The notes below the pieces were generated by a model. It was given only the letters and a program-made list of their open reading frames with translations, ran no database searches and was not told the DNA's origin. A program made the translations under genes and the position numbers. Positions 17,601 to 31,459 of a stretch of 64,000 nt of DNA are shown one piece after another; position 1 is the stretch's first letter; each line of letters starts with the position of its first letter. The stretch is from Corallococcus sp. Z5C101001. Its GTDB lineage: Bacteria > Myxococcota > Myxococcia > Myxococcales > Myxococcaceae. The DNA is taken from contig NZ_VKLU01000005.1 of NCBI RefSeq assembly GCF_007352635.1, positions 699,940 to 763,939 on the forward strand, in the 5' to 3' direction.

Positions 17601-20600
17601 TCCACCACCGAGCGCCCCTGCCCCGCCGTCACCAGGCGGTGTTCGACGCGCATGCGCCCCTGGTAGACGTCCAGCACCAGCGGCTGTCCCTCGAAGCCGG
17701 ACGCCAGCAGCACCCGCGCCACCTCGCCCACGCGCACGGACGAGCGCTCCAGCTCCAGCACCGCCGGCAGGCCCGCCGGAGCTCGCGCCCCGGCCACCAG
17801 GAAGTCCCGCTGCGCGGTGGCCTGCTGGCCGAACGCATCCGTCGTCTCATAGCGCAAGCGGTAGGCGCCCGCGCGCAGCGCCGGCAGCGTCACCGCCGCG
17901 ACGCCGTCCGCGCCGTGCGTCACCGCCGCCTGCGCCACCGCCGCGCCGTCCTCCCAGCCGCGCAGCGTCTGCTCCATGTTGTAGTCCGCGCTCCAGCGAG
18001 GCTTGAGCGCGTCCCCCGGCGTCGGCGTCAGCTCCGTGCGCGCGTTGGGGTCCAGCGGCAGCTGCGCGACCAGCGGCTCCTCCGACGGCATCAGCGGACG
18101 CGCGGGCGCCTTCAGCGCGACGAGCCGCCAGCGGCCCGGGCCGGGCCGCGGAGCGCCATCCAGGTTCGAACGGATGAGGCGCACCTCCGAAGGGAAGTCC
18201 TCGCGCACGAAGCCCACGTCGGACTCCACCCGGCCCTCCACCGAACCGAAGCCCAAGCGGAAGGACCGGCTCGCGGAGCGCGTCTCGCCGCCTTCGTCCG
18301 TGAGGTCCGCCTCCACGCGGTAGCGCCACGACAGGCCCTGCGTCTTCGAGAGCCGCTCGTCCGCCTCCGGGGTGAAGGCCACGGAGAAGCCACCATCCTC
18401 CCCCACCGTCGCCGTGCCAGAGGCCACCAGCTGCGTCGCGACGGGGATGCGCACCCACTGCCACCAGGGCGGAAGCACCGGCTCGCGAGACACGCGCCAC
18501 TTCACCGAGCCACGCGTCACGGGCAGCCCGAAGTAGTAGCGCGCCTCGCCCTTGAAGGTGGCGCGCCGGTTGATCCGCAGCGCCTCCGCCGCATCCTTCA
18601 GCGTCACCTCGAAGGTGGGCCGCTTGTACTCCTCCACCCGCACGTGGGTGCCGCCGTAGGGGGACATCGTCCGCACGGTCCATTCGCCCAGCGGCCGCCC
18701 CGCGGGCAGGTCGAACGCCCCCGCCACCGACCCGAACCTGTTGGTGCGGACCCGCTGCGTCTCCACCTCCTGCCCATTGGGGTCGATGAGCGACACCTCC
18801 ACCGCCGACTCCGACAGGACATGGTACCGCTTGGAGCCGTCGTTGCTGCGGTAGGCCACCACCTTCCACAGCAGCTTCTGCTGCGGCCGGTACACGGCGC
18901 GGTCCGTATAGACGAGCGTCTGTTCCTGCGGGCCCGAGGGGTACGACGGCGAAAGGAACAGCGAACCCGGGTACACCATCAGGTTCTTTCCGCGCCCCAC
19001 CAGGATCAGCAGGTTCTCGAAGCTGTCGTGGGTCCGCGTCTCCACCCGCACGTCGCCGTTCGCGTCGCTGCGGCTGCCGTACAGACTGAAGCGGCGGCTG
19101 ACGTGGTCCAGCGTCACCATCCGCACCTCCACGTTGGGAGCACCGGCCCCCGTGGCCCCGTCCAGCACGCGCAGCTCCGCCTCGCTGGCGCCGGCCTTGC
19201 GCGTCACCACCGCCCACGGCGACACGGACATGGGCAGCGAGATGAGCCTGTTGTTCTTCTGCTGGAAGTCCTCGCGCAGGGACATGACGATGACGTACAC
19301 GCCCGGCGCGAGCGGCGGCGGCGTCACGAAGCTGCGGTGCATCTGGAAGTCGGGCGTGGCCGGCAGCGCCGCCTTCCACGCGGCGTCGGGCTTGCGCTTC
19401 TCCACCCACTGGCGCACCTCCTCGCCCGAGGCGATGAGCGACAGGTTCTCCGGGGGCTTCGCGAGCCGCGCCTCCACGTCCACGGCGTAGGCCCGGAAGT
19501 ACACCGCGGCCAGGTTGCGGTGACGGACCTCGATGGAGCGCTTGCCCGCGCCATCCACCTGCATCACCGTGGCGTACGCGTCCGGCCACTCCAGCCGGGT
19601 CACCATGGCGGCGCACAGCTCGCCCCCCGCTGACTTCGGCCAGGCCTGCGCGCCGGCCTTCGCCACGGCGTAGGCCGTCACCGGACGGGACGCCTTCTCC
19701 TCCAGCCCCGCGAGCCGGAACTGGCCCATGGACCACCACGGCACGTCCCGGAAGCCCACCAGGTGGGCGGCCAGATGCGTCCGCACGCGCTTCTGATCGT
19801 CCCCGTCGGTGAATGACGTGCCCAGGACCTCGTAGCGCCGCAGCCGCGCCTCCAGCGCCGCTTCGCGCCGTCCCGCCGCCAGGTGCCACGCCTCCAGGTC
19901 CCCCAACAGCGCGGCCACCTGCGTCAGCGGATGCAGGGAGGGATCCGCCAGGTCGACTTTCGGCGTGCCCTCCAGCAGCGTGCCCAGGTCCAGCCGGTAC
20001 ACGCCCTGGGACTGCTCCGGGCGCCACAGGTCCGTGCGCTCCAGCGACGCCACCCACAGGTACGTCACCGCGTCGCGCAGCGTGGAGCGGATGCCGTCCG
20101 GGTACGTGTTGGGCTGGATGTATTCGGCCAGCACCTTCACGGGCTCCGTGCCGAACTTCAGGCGCAGGGCCCACACGGCGGCGTAGGACTTCTGGATCTC
20201 CGCCACCAGCTGATCCCGCGTCCAGGCCTTGAGGTCCACCGGCCCTGCGGACACCACCTGCTCGCGCTGGCCGATTTCATAGCCGTAGGCGTCCAGGTAG
20301 TTCGTGAGCACCGCCGCATAGAACAGGTGGAGCGTGGCCTGCTGCCGCAGTCCCTCCGGCCAGGACTGCTCGCGCAGGAAGCGCACCGCCGTCTCGTAGC
20401 CATGGACCTGCGTGCGCAGTTGCACCGTGCGCACCAGCGCGCGCGTCCACTCGTCCGCGTCGCCCCGAGCCTTCGCGTCGGCGAGCCGCGCCTCGGCCCC
20501 CTGCGCGGCGGACTCCACCTTGTCGTCCTCCACGAGCGCGTCGATGGCCTTCCACGTCGGGGGCACTGACGCGGGGGCCGCCACGGACACGGAAGCGAGC

Positions 20601-20668
20601 GCGAAGCACAGCAGGGACAGCACGACGGCGAGCGCACGCGGGCGCGGGGTTTCACACATGGGCGGCAC
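14618..20668 (-). CDS. Alpha-2-macroglobulin family protein (bacterial A2M, about 2010 aa) with intact CxEQ thioester
   Basis: Thioester motif NYPYECTEQTL; N-terminal signal peptide (RALAVVLSLLCFALASVSVAAPA); A2M/MG-domain-like length and composition. Confidence 0.9.
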   Translation of the reverse strand: MPPMCETPRPRALAVVLSLLCFALASVSVAAPASVPPTWKAIDALVEDDKVESAAQGAEARLADAKARGDADEWTRALVRTVQLRTQVHGYETAVRFLREQSWPEGLRQQATLHLFYAAVLTNYLDAYGYEIGQREQVVSAGPVDLKAWTRDQLVAEIQKSYAAVWALRLKFGTEPVKVLAEYIQPNTYPDGIRSTLRDAVTYLWVASLERTDLWRPEQSQGVYRLDLGTLLEGTPKVDLADPSLHPLTQVAALLGDLEAWHLAAGRREAALEARLRRYEVLGTSFTDGDDQKRVRTHLAAHLVGFRDVPWWSMGQFRLAGLEEKASRPVTAYAVAKAGAQAWPKSAGGELCAAMVTRLEWPDAYATVMQVDGAGKRSIEVRHRNLAAVYFRAYAVDVEARLAKPPENLSLIASGEEVRQWVEKRKPDAAWKAALPATPDFQMHRSFVTPPPLAPGVYVIVMSLREDFQQKNNRLISLPMSVSPWAVVTRKAGASEAELRVLDGATGAGAPNVEVRMVTLDHVSRRFSLYGSRSDANGDVRVETRTHDSFENLLILVGRGKNLMVYPGSLFLSPSYPSGPQEQTLVYTDRAVYRPQQKLLWKVVAYRSNDGSKRYHVLSESAVEVSLIDPNGQEVETQRVRTNRFGSVAGAFDLPAGRPLGEWTVRTMSPYGGTHVRVEEYKRPTFEVTLKDAAEALRINRRATFKGEARYYFGLPVTRGSVKWRVSREPVLPPWWQWVRIPVATQLVASGTATVGEDGGFSVAFTPEADERLSKTQGLSWRYRVEADLTDEGGETRSASRSFRLGFGSVEGRVESDVGFVREDFPSEVRLIRSNLDGAPRPGPGRWRLVALKAPARPLMPSEEPLVAQLPLDPNARTELTPTPGDALKPRWSADYNMEQTLRGWEDGAAVAQAAVTHGADGVAAVTLPALRAGAYRLRYETTDAFGQQATAQRDFLVAGARAPAGLPAVLELERSSVRVGEVARVLLASGFEGQPLVLDVYQGRMRVEHRLVTAGQGRSVVEIPVTEVLRGGFTVALSMVRDWQVVDFTRTVAVPFDDKELSLEFATFRDTLRPGAKETFRVTVKGPNGAKLEAGAAEVLAYMYDQSLNIFGPHSPPQVAQLYPQQTLYLEATSSAVSSHGDWFVSDNNPPWSGQELQGDQLRFEEGYGLGGPGYRNSYRRERYGAVASSGARAPGKGAVPPPPPPAAPKPSAIPVAEQKRREIIQIIKSGNGVVAESEPSVPAGPLRTNFAETAFWIPQLLTGPEGTAVLEFTVPDSVTAWDVWVHAFTRDLRGGSTQRSTRSVKELMVRPYLPRFLREGDRAELEVVVNNAGTQPQQGQLTLDIVDPDTQKSLLADFGVKTAAQAFTVAAGKGTPLRFPITTPARVGPVAFRVVAKTGNFSDGELRPLPVLPGRMHLSQSRFVTLRDQDRKTLTFDDLKRADDPTRVNEQLVVTVDAQLFYSVLQSLPYLVNYPYECTEQTLNRFVSTGIVSSLFLKYPSVAKVAQDLSQRSTRYETWDSVDPNRKMSLEETPWLNMAKGGAEAPDDLVRVLDPRVAEANRLSSQQKLAKAQNADGGFPWWPGGPSSPYMTLYILHGLSRAMEHGVDVSPELTKQAWGYLSTHFREEYASRLMKKNLGWEFLTFLNFVASSYPDARYTGEALTAAERQRVLDFSFKHWKEHSPFLKGYLALTLHRAKRTKDALKVWDSVMDSAKTTADQGTFWAPEDRGWLWYNDTTETQAFALRTLSELRPKDPRRAGLAQWLFLDKKLGHWKSTRATAEALYALVNYLQAEGSLGVTEELKVTVGSKVVPMRFPPEIYTGKKNQVVLTGPEVKPDTATTVVEKTTPGFAFASATWHFSTEELPKEERGDFFQVSRRYFVRIREGSQTLLRPLAEGAKLQPGDEVEVQLSLRTKHAAEYVHLRDPRAAGLEPESAQSRHKWDLGIVWYEETRDSGTNFFFEALPAGEYTFKYRLRANLAGTFRVGPATVQSMYAPEFTAYSTGAVLTVDKAP

Positions 20669-20708
20669 TCTAGACGCCGCCCGCGCCCGTGGCGGTCCCT
20701 TCTCCTGC

Positions 20709-21323
20709 TCAGGATGCCGCGGGGGCCCGGCGCCGCAGCCCGACCACGTAGACCTCCATGCTGGCGCCGCGCGTGGCCTCCGGACGCACCACCTTCACTT
20801 CTTCGAAATGCTGGCGCACCTCGTCGCGGAAGGCCTCGAAGTCGCCGCCCATGAAGACCTTGGCCACGAACGTGCCCCCGGCCTTGCCCCGCGTGGCGGC
20901 CACCTCCAGCGCCTTGCCCGCGAGCCGCAGGCTGCGCGCCTCGTCCGTGCCCTTGATGCCGGACGTCTTGGGCGCCATGTCGGAGATGACCGCGTCGTAG
21001 AGCCCGTCGTACAGCGCCAGCAGCTTCGCGTCGAAGTCGTCCGCCAGCACGTCCAGCACCGCCGTCGTCACCTGCTTCTGCGAGAACGGCCGGATGGCGA
21101 CGATGTCCACGCCGACGATGCGCCCGTTCAACCCCACCGCGTCCGCGAGGATCTGCAGGAAGCCGCCCGGCGCCGCGCCCAGGTCCAACACCGCCGCGCC
21201 CTTCTTCACGGACGTCGGGAAACGCTTGAGGATCTCGTCGACCTTGAACGCGGATCGCGCGCGCAGCCCCTCTTGCTTGGCTTTCTGGAAATAGTGGTCT
21301 TTAGGACGGTAGGGCTTGCCCAT
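20709..21323 (-). CDS. rlmE: 23S rRNA (uridine-2'-O)-methyltransferase RlmE (FtsJ/RrmJ)
   Basis: KDHYFQKAKQEGLRARSAFK, SAM motif LDLGAAPGGF, DAVISDMAP, K-D-K-E tetrad context; start at MGKPYRPK. Confidence 0.9.
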   Translation of the reverse strand: MGKPYRPKDHYFQKAKQEGLRARSAFKVDEILKRFPTSVKKGAAVLDLGAAPGGFLQILADAVGLNGRIVGVDIVAIRPFSQKQVTTAVLDVLADDFDAKLLALYDGLYDAVISDMAPKTSGIKGTDEARSLRLAGKALEVAATRGKAGGTFVAKVFMGGDFEAFRDEVRQHFEEVKVVRPEATRGASMEVYVVGLRRRAPAAS

Positions 21324-21423
21324 GTCAGAAGCCGTCCCTAGCATCCGCTACTGTCTTCGGAAAGCCGGAGCAGTCGCGGCCTGTTCGCCGGCCGCGCCAA
21401 CGGAATTCCGGAGGGTGGGTGGC

Positions 21424-21831
21424 ATGGGCACTCGGAGCGTGACGGCGGCCTTGTGCGTCTCCCTGCTCTTCGCAGGGGGGGCGGCGTTCTGCTACACGCG
21501 CGCCGAGACCCTCCAGGCGGAGGGCCGCTGGCTGATGGCCCGGGGCAGCGCCCAGGCCAGCGACTTCGCCCAGAAGCTGGACGGCACCTCCGTGGACGCC
21601 CAGCTGAAGACCTTCAAGGAACGGCGCGGCGTGATGGAGCAGGCCCACCGCTGGCAGCGCGGCATGCTGCTGGGCATCATGGCCGCCGTCCTGTCCGCCC
21701 TGTCCGCGTACGTCCTCTTCCTGCTCAAGCGGCTGGACGACCAGCTGCTGGACGCCACGGGAGAGCTGCGCCGTCCCCAGGAAGCCGCCTCCCTGTCCGC
21801 TCCGGCGTTCACGCCCAGCGTCCAGCGCTGA
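21424..21831 (+). CDS. Hypothetical membrane protein (two predicted TM segments)
   Basis: ATG at 21424; hydrophobic stretches AALCVSLLFAGGAAF and LLGIMAAVLSALSAYVLFLL; no motif recognised. Confidence 0.45.
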   Translation: MGTRSVTAALCVSLLFAGGAAFCYTRAETLQAEGRWLMARGSAQASDFAQKLDGTSVDAQLKTFKERRGVMEQAHRWQRGMLLGIMAAVLSALSAYVLFLLKRLDDQLLDATGELRRPQEAASLSAPAFTPSVQR

Positions 21832-21911
21832 CGCGGGCCCTCGCCGGGGCTTTCGGCCCCCGGGATTCTGGCAGGATGCCGCCCCTGTTGCTGTTCACGG
21901 GGAGGACTTCC

Positions 21912-22199
21912 ATGCCCGGCTGCGCGCACTGCGGACGCACGCTCGACATCATCGCCAACCAGGTGGGCCGGCGCGACACGTGCCCCGGCTGCGACGAGGA
22001 CCTGCGCTCGTGCCGCAACTGCCGGCACTTCGACGAGTCCGTGGCCAAGGCCTGCAAGGAGCCCTTCGCGGAGGTCCCCCGCGACAAGGACGAGGCCAAC
22101 TTCTGCGAGCTCTTCCAGCTGGGCGAAGGCGGCCTGCACGTGAAGGACTCGCGCGACGCGCTGCTCAGCGCCGCGGAGTCCCTCTTCGGCAAGAAGTAG
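21912..22199 (+). CDS. Small Cys-rich (zinc-ribbon-like) hypothetical protein, 95 aa
   Basis: GGAGG RBS 6 nt before ATG; paired CxxC motifs (CAHCG, CPGCD, CRNC); the ORF-track start at 21453 is an extension. Confidence 0.55.
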   Translation: MPGCAHCGRTLDIIANQVGRRDTCPGCDEDLRSCRNCRHFDESVAKACKEPFAEVPRDKDEANFCELFQLGEGGLHVKDSRDALLSAAESLFGKK

Positions 22200-23339
22200 C
22201 TAGAAGCCGTACAGCTTGGAGATGATCTCCTTCATCACCTCGGAGGTGCCACCGCCGATGGTGATGAGCCGCACGTCGCGCCACATGCGCGCGATGGGCG
22301 TCTCCTCGATGTAGCCCATGCCGCCGAACATCTGCTGGCAGTCGTAGGCCACGCGCTGGGCCAGATCCCCGGCGAACAGCTTCGCCATGGAGATCTCCTT
22401 CACCGGGTTCTCCTTCCGGTCGTAGAGGTCCACCGCGTGGTAGGTGAGCCACCGCGCCGCCTCCACCGCGGACAGGTGCTCCACGAACTTGTGGCGCCAC
22501 ACCTGGAACTTCATCAGCGGCCTGCCGAACGCCTCGCGCTCGTTGCCGTACTGGATGGCGTCCTCCAGCATCCGGTCCATCCCCCCCACCGTGGTGATGG
22601 CCCCCACCAGGCGCTCGCCCTGGAAGTTGGTCATGATGTGGTAGAAGCCCTGGTTCTCCTCGCCCAGCACGTAGCGCGCGGGGATGCGGCAGTCCTCAAA
22701 GTAGAGGATGGCCGTGTCGGACGACAGGTTGCCCACCTTGTCCAGCTTCTTGGAGACGCTGAACCCCTTCACATCCGTGGGGAACGTCACCAGCGACACG
22801 CCGCCGTAGCCCTGCTCACCGGTGCGCACCGCCAGCGTGATGAAGTCCGCGCGCGTGCCGTTGGTGATCCACATCTTGGAGCCGTTGATGACGTAGTCGT
22901 CACCGTCCCGGCGGGCGGTCGTCTTGATGCTCGCCACGTCCGAGCCGCACCCCGGCTCGCTCACGCCCAGCGCCGCGATGCGCTCGCCCTTGAGCGCCGG
23001 CTCCAGGAACTCGCGCTTCTGCTCGTCGGTGCCGATCTCGTTGATGATGGGCGTGGCCATCTGGCTCTGCACCAGCAGCGCCATGTTCACGCCCGCGTTG
23101 CGGCTGCGGCTGAGCTCCTCCGCGAACGCCGTCACGTACCAGTAGTCCAGGCCGCTGCCGCCGTACTTCGGGTCGTGGTTGATGCCCAGAAAGCCCAGCT
23201 CGCCGCACTTCTTGAACAGCTCCCGCGGGAAGATGCCCGCGCGATCCCACTCCAGCCCGTACGGCGCCATCTCCTTCTCCACGAAGGTGCGCACCGTCCT
23301 GCGAAAGGCCTCATGCTCGTCGGTGAACGGGTTGAGCAT
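22200..23339 (-). CDS. Acyl-CoA dehydrogenase
   Basis: Full ACAD architecture including GxGSD motif region ([18 protein letters not shown]), catalytic C-terminal helices ([21 protein letters not shown]); 379 aa. Confidence 0.9.
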   Translation of the reverse strand: MLNPFTDEHEAFRRTVRTFVEKEMAPYGLEWDRAGIFPRELFKKCGELGFLGINHDPKYGGSGLDYWYVTAFAEELSRSRNAGVNMALLVQSQMATPIINEIGTDEQKREFLEPALKGERIAALGVSEPGCGSDVASIKTTARRDGDDYVINGSKMWITNGTRADFITLAVRTGEQGYGGVSLVTFPTDVKGFSVSKKLDKVGNLSSDTAILYFEDCRIPARYVLGEENQGFYHIMTNFQGERLVGAITTVGGMDRMLEDAIQYGNEREAFGRPLMKFQVWRHKFVEHLSAVEAARWLTYHAVDLYDRKENPVKEISMAKLFAGDLAQRVAYDCQQMFGGMGYIEETPIARMWRDVRLITIGGGTSEVMKEIISKLYGF

Positions 23340-23371
23340 CCCTGCTCCTGGGGGGAGACCCCGGTGGTGGA

Positions 23372-23387
23372 TTGATTTTCAAATCAA
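23372..23387. promoter_or_regulatory. 16-bp palindrome TTGATTTTCAAATCAA about 35 bp upstream of acyl-CoA dehydrogenase start; putative operator, same arms as site at 36257
   Basis: Perfect 7-2-7 inverted repeat read directly in divergent intergenic region. Confidence 0.45.
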
Positions 23388-23557
23388 TAACAGGCGCTCC
23401 CGGTCAGCCACAAGCAACGCCCCCCGTCACTCCGCCGCGCGACGCGGACCGTCATGGTGACGCATCGCGCCGCCCTGGGTGTTAGGGAGCCGGACGGCAG
23501 CCAGGCAGGCCTCCGGGGCTCCCCGAGAGTGGATAGTCCGCACTCCGGAGTATCCTC

Positions 23558-23585
23558 TTGACAGATAATCGAGTGTCGGTAATTT
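23558..23585 (+). promoter_or_regulatory. Sigma-70-like promoter (TTGACA-N16-TAATTT) for the RND efflux operon
   Basis: Perfect -35 hexamer, 16-nt spacer, A/T-rich -10-like hexamer in a local GC dip about 80 bp upstream of the MFP gene. Confidence 0.35.
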
Positions 23586-23660
23586 CTAGCCCCCAAAGAA
23601 TTAGCCGGAGCAGGAGCCAGGGCGGGTGTCCCGCCGGCGACCCGGCAGGAGTTCGGACGC

Positions 23661-24761
23661 GTGAATCAGCGAATCTTGGCTGCCGTGGTGGCCGTGGCGG
23701 TGTCGACGGCGGGGTGCTCGCAGGCGGGCGCGGGGAAGGCGCAGTTGCCGGCGCAGCAGGAAGGCTCCAACGCGCTGGGCGTCAAGGCCATCACTCCGGC
23801 CACGGAGCTGGAGCAGAACGTGACCCGGGTCACCGGGCAGGTGCGCTCCAAGCAGGAGGCCGTCCTGGGTCCCCAGGTCACCGGCACGCTCGCGAAGGTG
23901 AACGTGCGGGTGGGTGACAAGGTGAAGAAGGGCGACGTGCTGGCGGTGCTGGACACGTCCAACGTGAGCATCGCGGTGGACCAGGCGAAGGCGGCCCGGG
24001 ACATGGCGGAGGCCTCGCTGCAGCTGGCGACGAGCAACCTGGAGCGCACGCGCAAGGTGGCGGAGTCCGGCGGCGTCGCGGCCAACGCGCTGGAGCAGGC
24101 GGAGATCGGCCAGAAGCAGGCCGCGGCCCAGGCGGCCCAGGCGGGCGCGGCGTACCGGCTGGCGGCGGAGAACCTGCGCGACCACTCCATCCTGGCGCCC
24201 TTCAACGGCGTCATCACGGCGCGCACGAAGAACGTGGGCGACTCCGTGGCGGTGACGCCCTCCACGCCGGTGTTCTCCATCGTGGACACGGAGGGGCTGG
24301 AGGTCCGGATGATGGTGCCGGAGTCCGTCATCGACAACGTGGCGCCGGGCACCGTGACGCCGGGCATCGTGAACCCCAGCGGCATGCGCTTCGAGGCGAA
24401 GGTGGCCAACGTGGGCGCTGTCATCGACGCGCAGAGCCGCACGGTGGAGGTGCTGGCGGACGTGACGGGCACGACGGAGCGCCCGCTGCGCCCGGGCGCG
24501 CTCGTGGAGATGGACTTCTCCAAGGCCGCGGGCGACGCCGGCAACGGCCTGTTCCTGCCCGCCCAGGCGGTCAGCAGCAAGGGCCAGGAAGGCTTCGTGT
24601 GGGTGGTGCAGGACGGCACCGTGCGCAAGCGCGACGTGCGCGTGCAGCGCGTGCTGCCGGGCTACGTGAAGGTGCTGCAGGGCCTGACGGCGGAGGAGCG
24701 TGTGCTCGCCGACGCGTCGCTGGACGTCAAGGACGGGACCGCCGTGCGCGTGGCGCAGTAA
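23661..24761 (+). CDS. RND efflux periplasmic adaptor (membrane fusion protein, HlyD/AcrA family)
   Basis: Lipoprotein-type signal (AVAVSTAGCSQ), coiled-coil hairpin, beta-barrel and MP domains typical of MFPs; 366 aa. Confidence 0.9.
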   Translation: MNQRILAAVVAVAVSTAGCSQAGAGKAQLPAQQEGSNALGVKAITPATELEQNVTRVTGQVRSKQEAVLGPQVTGTLAKVNVRVGDKVKKGDVLAVLDTSNVSIAVDQAKAARDMAEASLQLATSNLERTRKVAESGGVAANALEQAEIGQKQAAAQAAQAGAAYRLAAENLRDHSILAPFNGVITARTKNVGDSVAVTPSTPVFSIVDTEGLEVRMMVPESVIDNVAPGTVTPGIVNPSGMRFEAKVANVGAVIDAQSRTVEVLADVTGTTERPLRPGALVEMDFSKAAGDAGNGLFLPAQAVSSKGQEGFVWVVQDGTVRKRDVRVQRVLPGYVKVLQGLTAEERVLADASLDVKDGTAVRVAQ

Positions 24762-24800
24762 CGCGGTCCCTCCTCCCCTCTTCTTCTGCTGGGTACCTGA

Positions 24801-27952
<3,152 letters not shown>

Positions 27953-27953
<1 letters not shown>

Positions 27954-28516
27954 TGCGCCGCCCGACCTCCATCACTCCGCCCCCGGAGCTCGACACGCGC
28001 TCCGAGGGGCAGGACGAGGCCGCCGATGGGCTGTCTCCGATGGAGCGGCTGATCCAGGAAGGCGACCGGTCCACGCCGGACTCTCGCCGCTTCATCGCCC
28101 TCATCAAGGAGCTGGCCTACTTCCGCTCCTTGAGGGATCCGCTGGCGAGCCTCTGCGACGACATGCGGCTCACCCCCACCCAGGTGCACGCGCTGGGGTG
28201 GCTGGGCATGGATGGCCCCACCCAGGTGGGGGTGCTGGCCCAGCGCATCGGCATCACCAAGAAGACCATCACCGGGGTGGTGGACCGCCTGGAGGACATG
28301 GGCATGGTGGAGCGCGGCCGGGACGCGGAGGACCGCCGCGCCGTCACCGCGAAGCTCACCCACAAGGGCTGTGAGCTCTATCAGGCCATCCAGTTGATGA
28401 CGGACTCCGGCATCCGGCGCCTGATGGACCTCTTGCCCTCCGAGGACCGCGAGTCGCTGTTCGGCATCATCGAACGGATGATTTCACGGATGAAGGCCGC
28501 CGCCTCGGCGCGCTGA
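27953..28516 (+). CDS. MarR-family transcriptional regulator, translationally coupled (ATGA) to the RND pump gene
   Basis: wHTH region LTPTQVHALGWLGMDGPTQVGVLAQRIGITKKTITGVVDRLEDMGMVER; 187 aa. Confidence 0.85.
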
Positions 28517-28569
28517 ATCCGTCCGGACAGGTGCGTGGACGGGCGCGGGCTGCGACACTGCCCGCGCCC

Positions 28570-29673
28570 ATGCTCCCCTCCTTCCTGGCCCTGCTCGGGC
28601 TTGGCCTGAGCGCCACTCCCCCACCCGCCCCGTCCGCGCCCGACCTCCTGCGCGCGCAGTGCCGCACGCACGCCGCGGATCCGCGCCACCCCTGGGCGCT
28701 CGCGCACGGCATGGACCTGGACGGGAAGGCCTTCCGCGCCCGTGACGGCCGCCCCGCCGCGGACGCCATCGTCGCGGGGTTCCTGCACCGCGAGGCCCCG
28801 GACGCGGGGGGCGCCCCGCCGCGCTTCTACTTCGACGCGTTCACCGCGGAGGGCACGCCCGTGGAGCCACACCCGGCGCTCCAGGTGAAGACCTTCGTGC
28901 TCGCGGGCTACCCGCTCACGCACGCGTTCCCCGCGCCCTGGGGCCCGGTGACGCTGCGCGACCTGGTGGCGTCACTCCAGCGCGACTTCCGCCCCGCCCT
29001 GGCGTCCTCGCCGGAGGGAGCCTGGGCGCTGGACGCGCTGTCACACGTGCTCAAGCCCGGGGCCTCGTTCGTCAACGGCGCGGGAGAGACCGTGCGCATC
29101 GACGCGGTGATGGACACCGCGCTCGGCACGCTGGAGGCCGCGCAGGCGGAGCTGGCCCGGGGGATGAAGGCGGGCCTTCCGGAGGTGCCCAAGAACAAGC
29201 AGGGCATCTACGCGCACCCGTGTGGAGGGCTCCACTTCTTCCAGGCCGTCGCGGGTTGGGCGCGCTTCCCCCAGGTCCGCAAGGCGTGGGGCGCGCGGCT
29301 GGATGCGCAGGTGGACGTGCTGGTGTACCGGCTGGGTTCGGAGACGCGGCAGTACGAGGCCGCGCTCGCCGCCGCCCCCGCGTACCGCATCCCCGTGCTG
29401 GTGCAGATGGTGAAGTTCCACGGGCACTTCCTGGAGGCGCTCGGGCGCTACCGGGACGAGGCAGGCTGGAAGCCCACGCCCGGGCAGGCCCGCGCGGTGG
29501 AAGCGGCCCGTGCGGCCCTGGAGCGCGCCACCCTCCTGCTGGAGGCCACCGGCGCCTTCCGCGACACCGCGACGCTGGCTCGGACGCAGCCCCAGCTCGC
29601 CCTGGACCTGGTGGGGGACGCGTGCCACGCGGCGCGCGGCTGGGACCTGTGGGGGGCCCCGCCGGCGAGGTGA
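28570..29673 (+). CDS. Hypothetical secreted protein
   Basis: Signal peptide MLPSFLALLGLGLSATPPPAPSA; no recognised domain; start alternatives at 28531 or 28570. Confidence 0.45.
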   Translation: MLPSFLALLGLGLSATPPPAPSAPDLLRAQCRTHAADPRHPWALAHGMDLDGKAFRARDGRPAADAIVAGFLHREAPDAGGAPPRFYFDAFTAEGTPVEPHPALQVKTFVLAGYPLTHAFPAPWGPVTLRDLVASLQRDFRPALASSPEGAWALDALSHVLKPGASFVNGAGETVRIDAVMDTALGTLEAAQAELARGMKAGLPEVPKNKQGIYAHPCGGLHFFQAVAGWARFPQVRKAWGARLDAQVDVLVYRLGSETRQYEAALAAAPAYRIPVLVQMVKFHGHFLEALGRYRDEAGWKPTPGQARAVEAARAALERATLLLEATGAFRDTATLARTQPQLALDLVGDACHAARGWDLWGAPPAR

Positions 29674-29683
29674 AGCGCGGACG

Positions 29684-31435
<1,752 letters not shown>

Positions 31436-31459
31436 GTGGACTTCCCTCCTCGTCAACCT

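Noticed and set aside
15848-19633. 1261-aa plus-strand ORF and 775-aa minus-strand ORF (17847-20174) inside the A2M gene
   Set aside because: These are alternative-frame or antisense artefacts of a 6-kb GC-rich gene. The A2M frame carries the CTEQ thioester and signal peptide.
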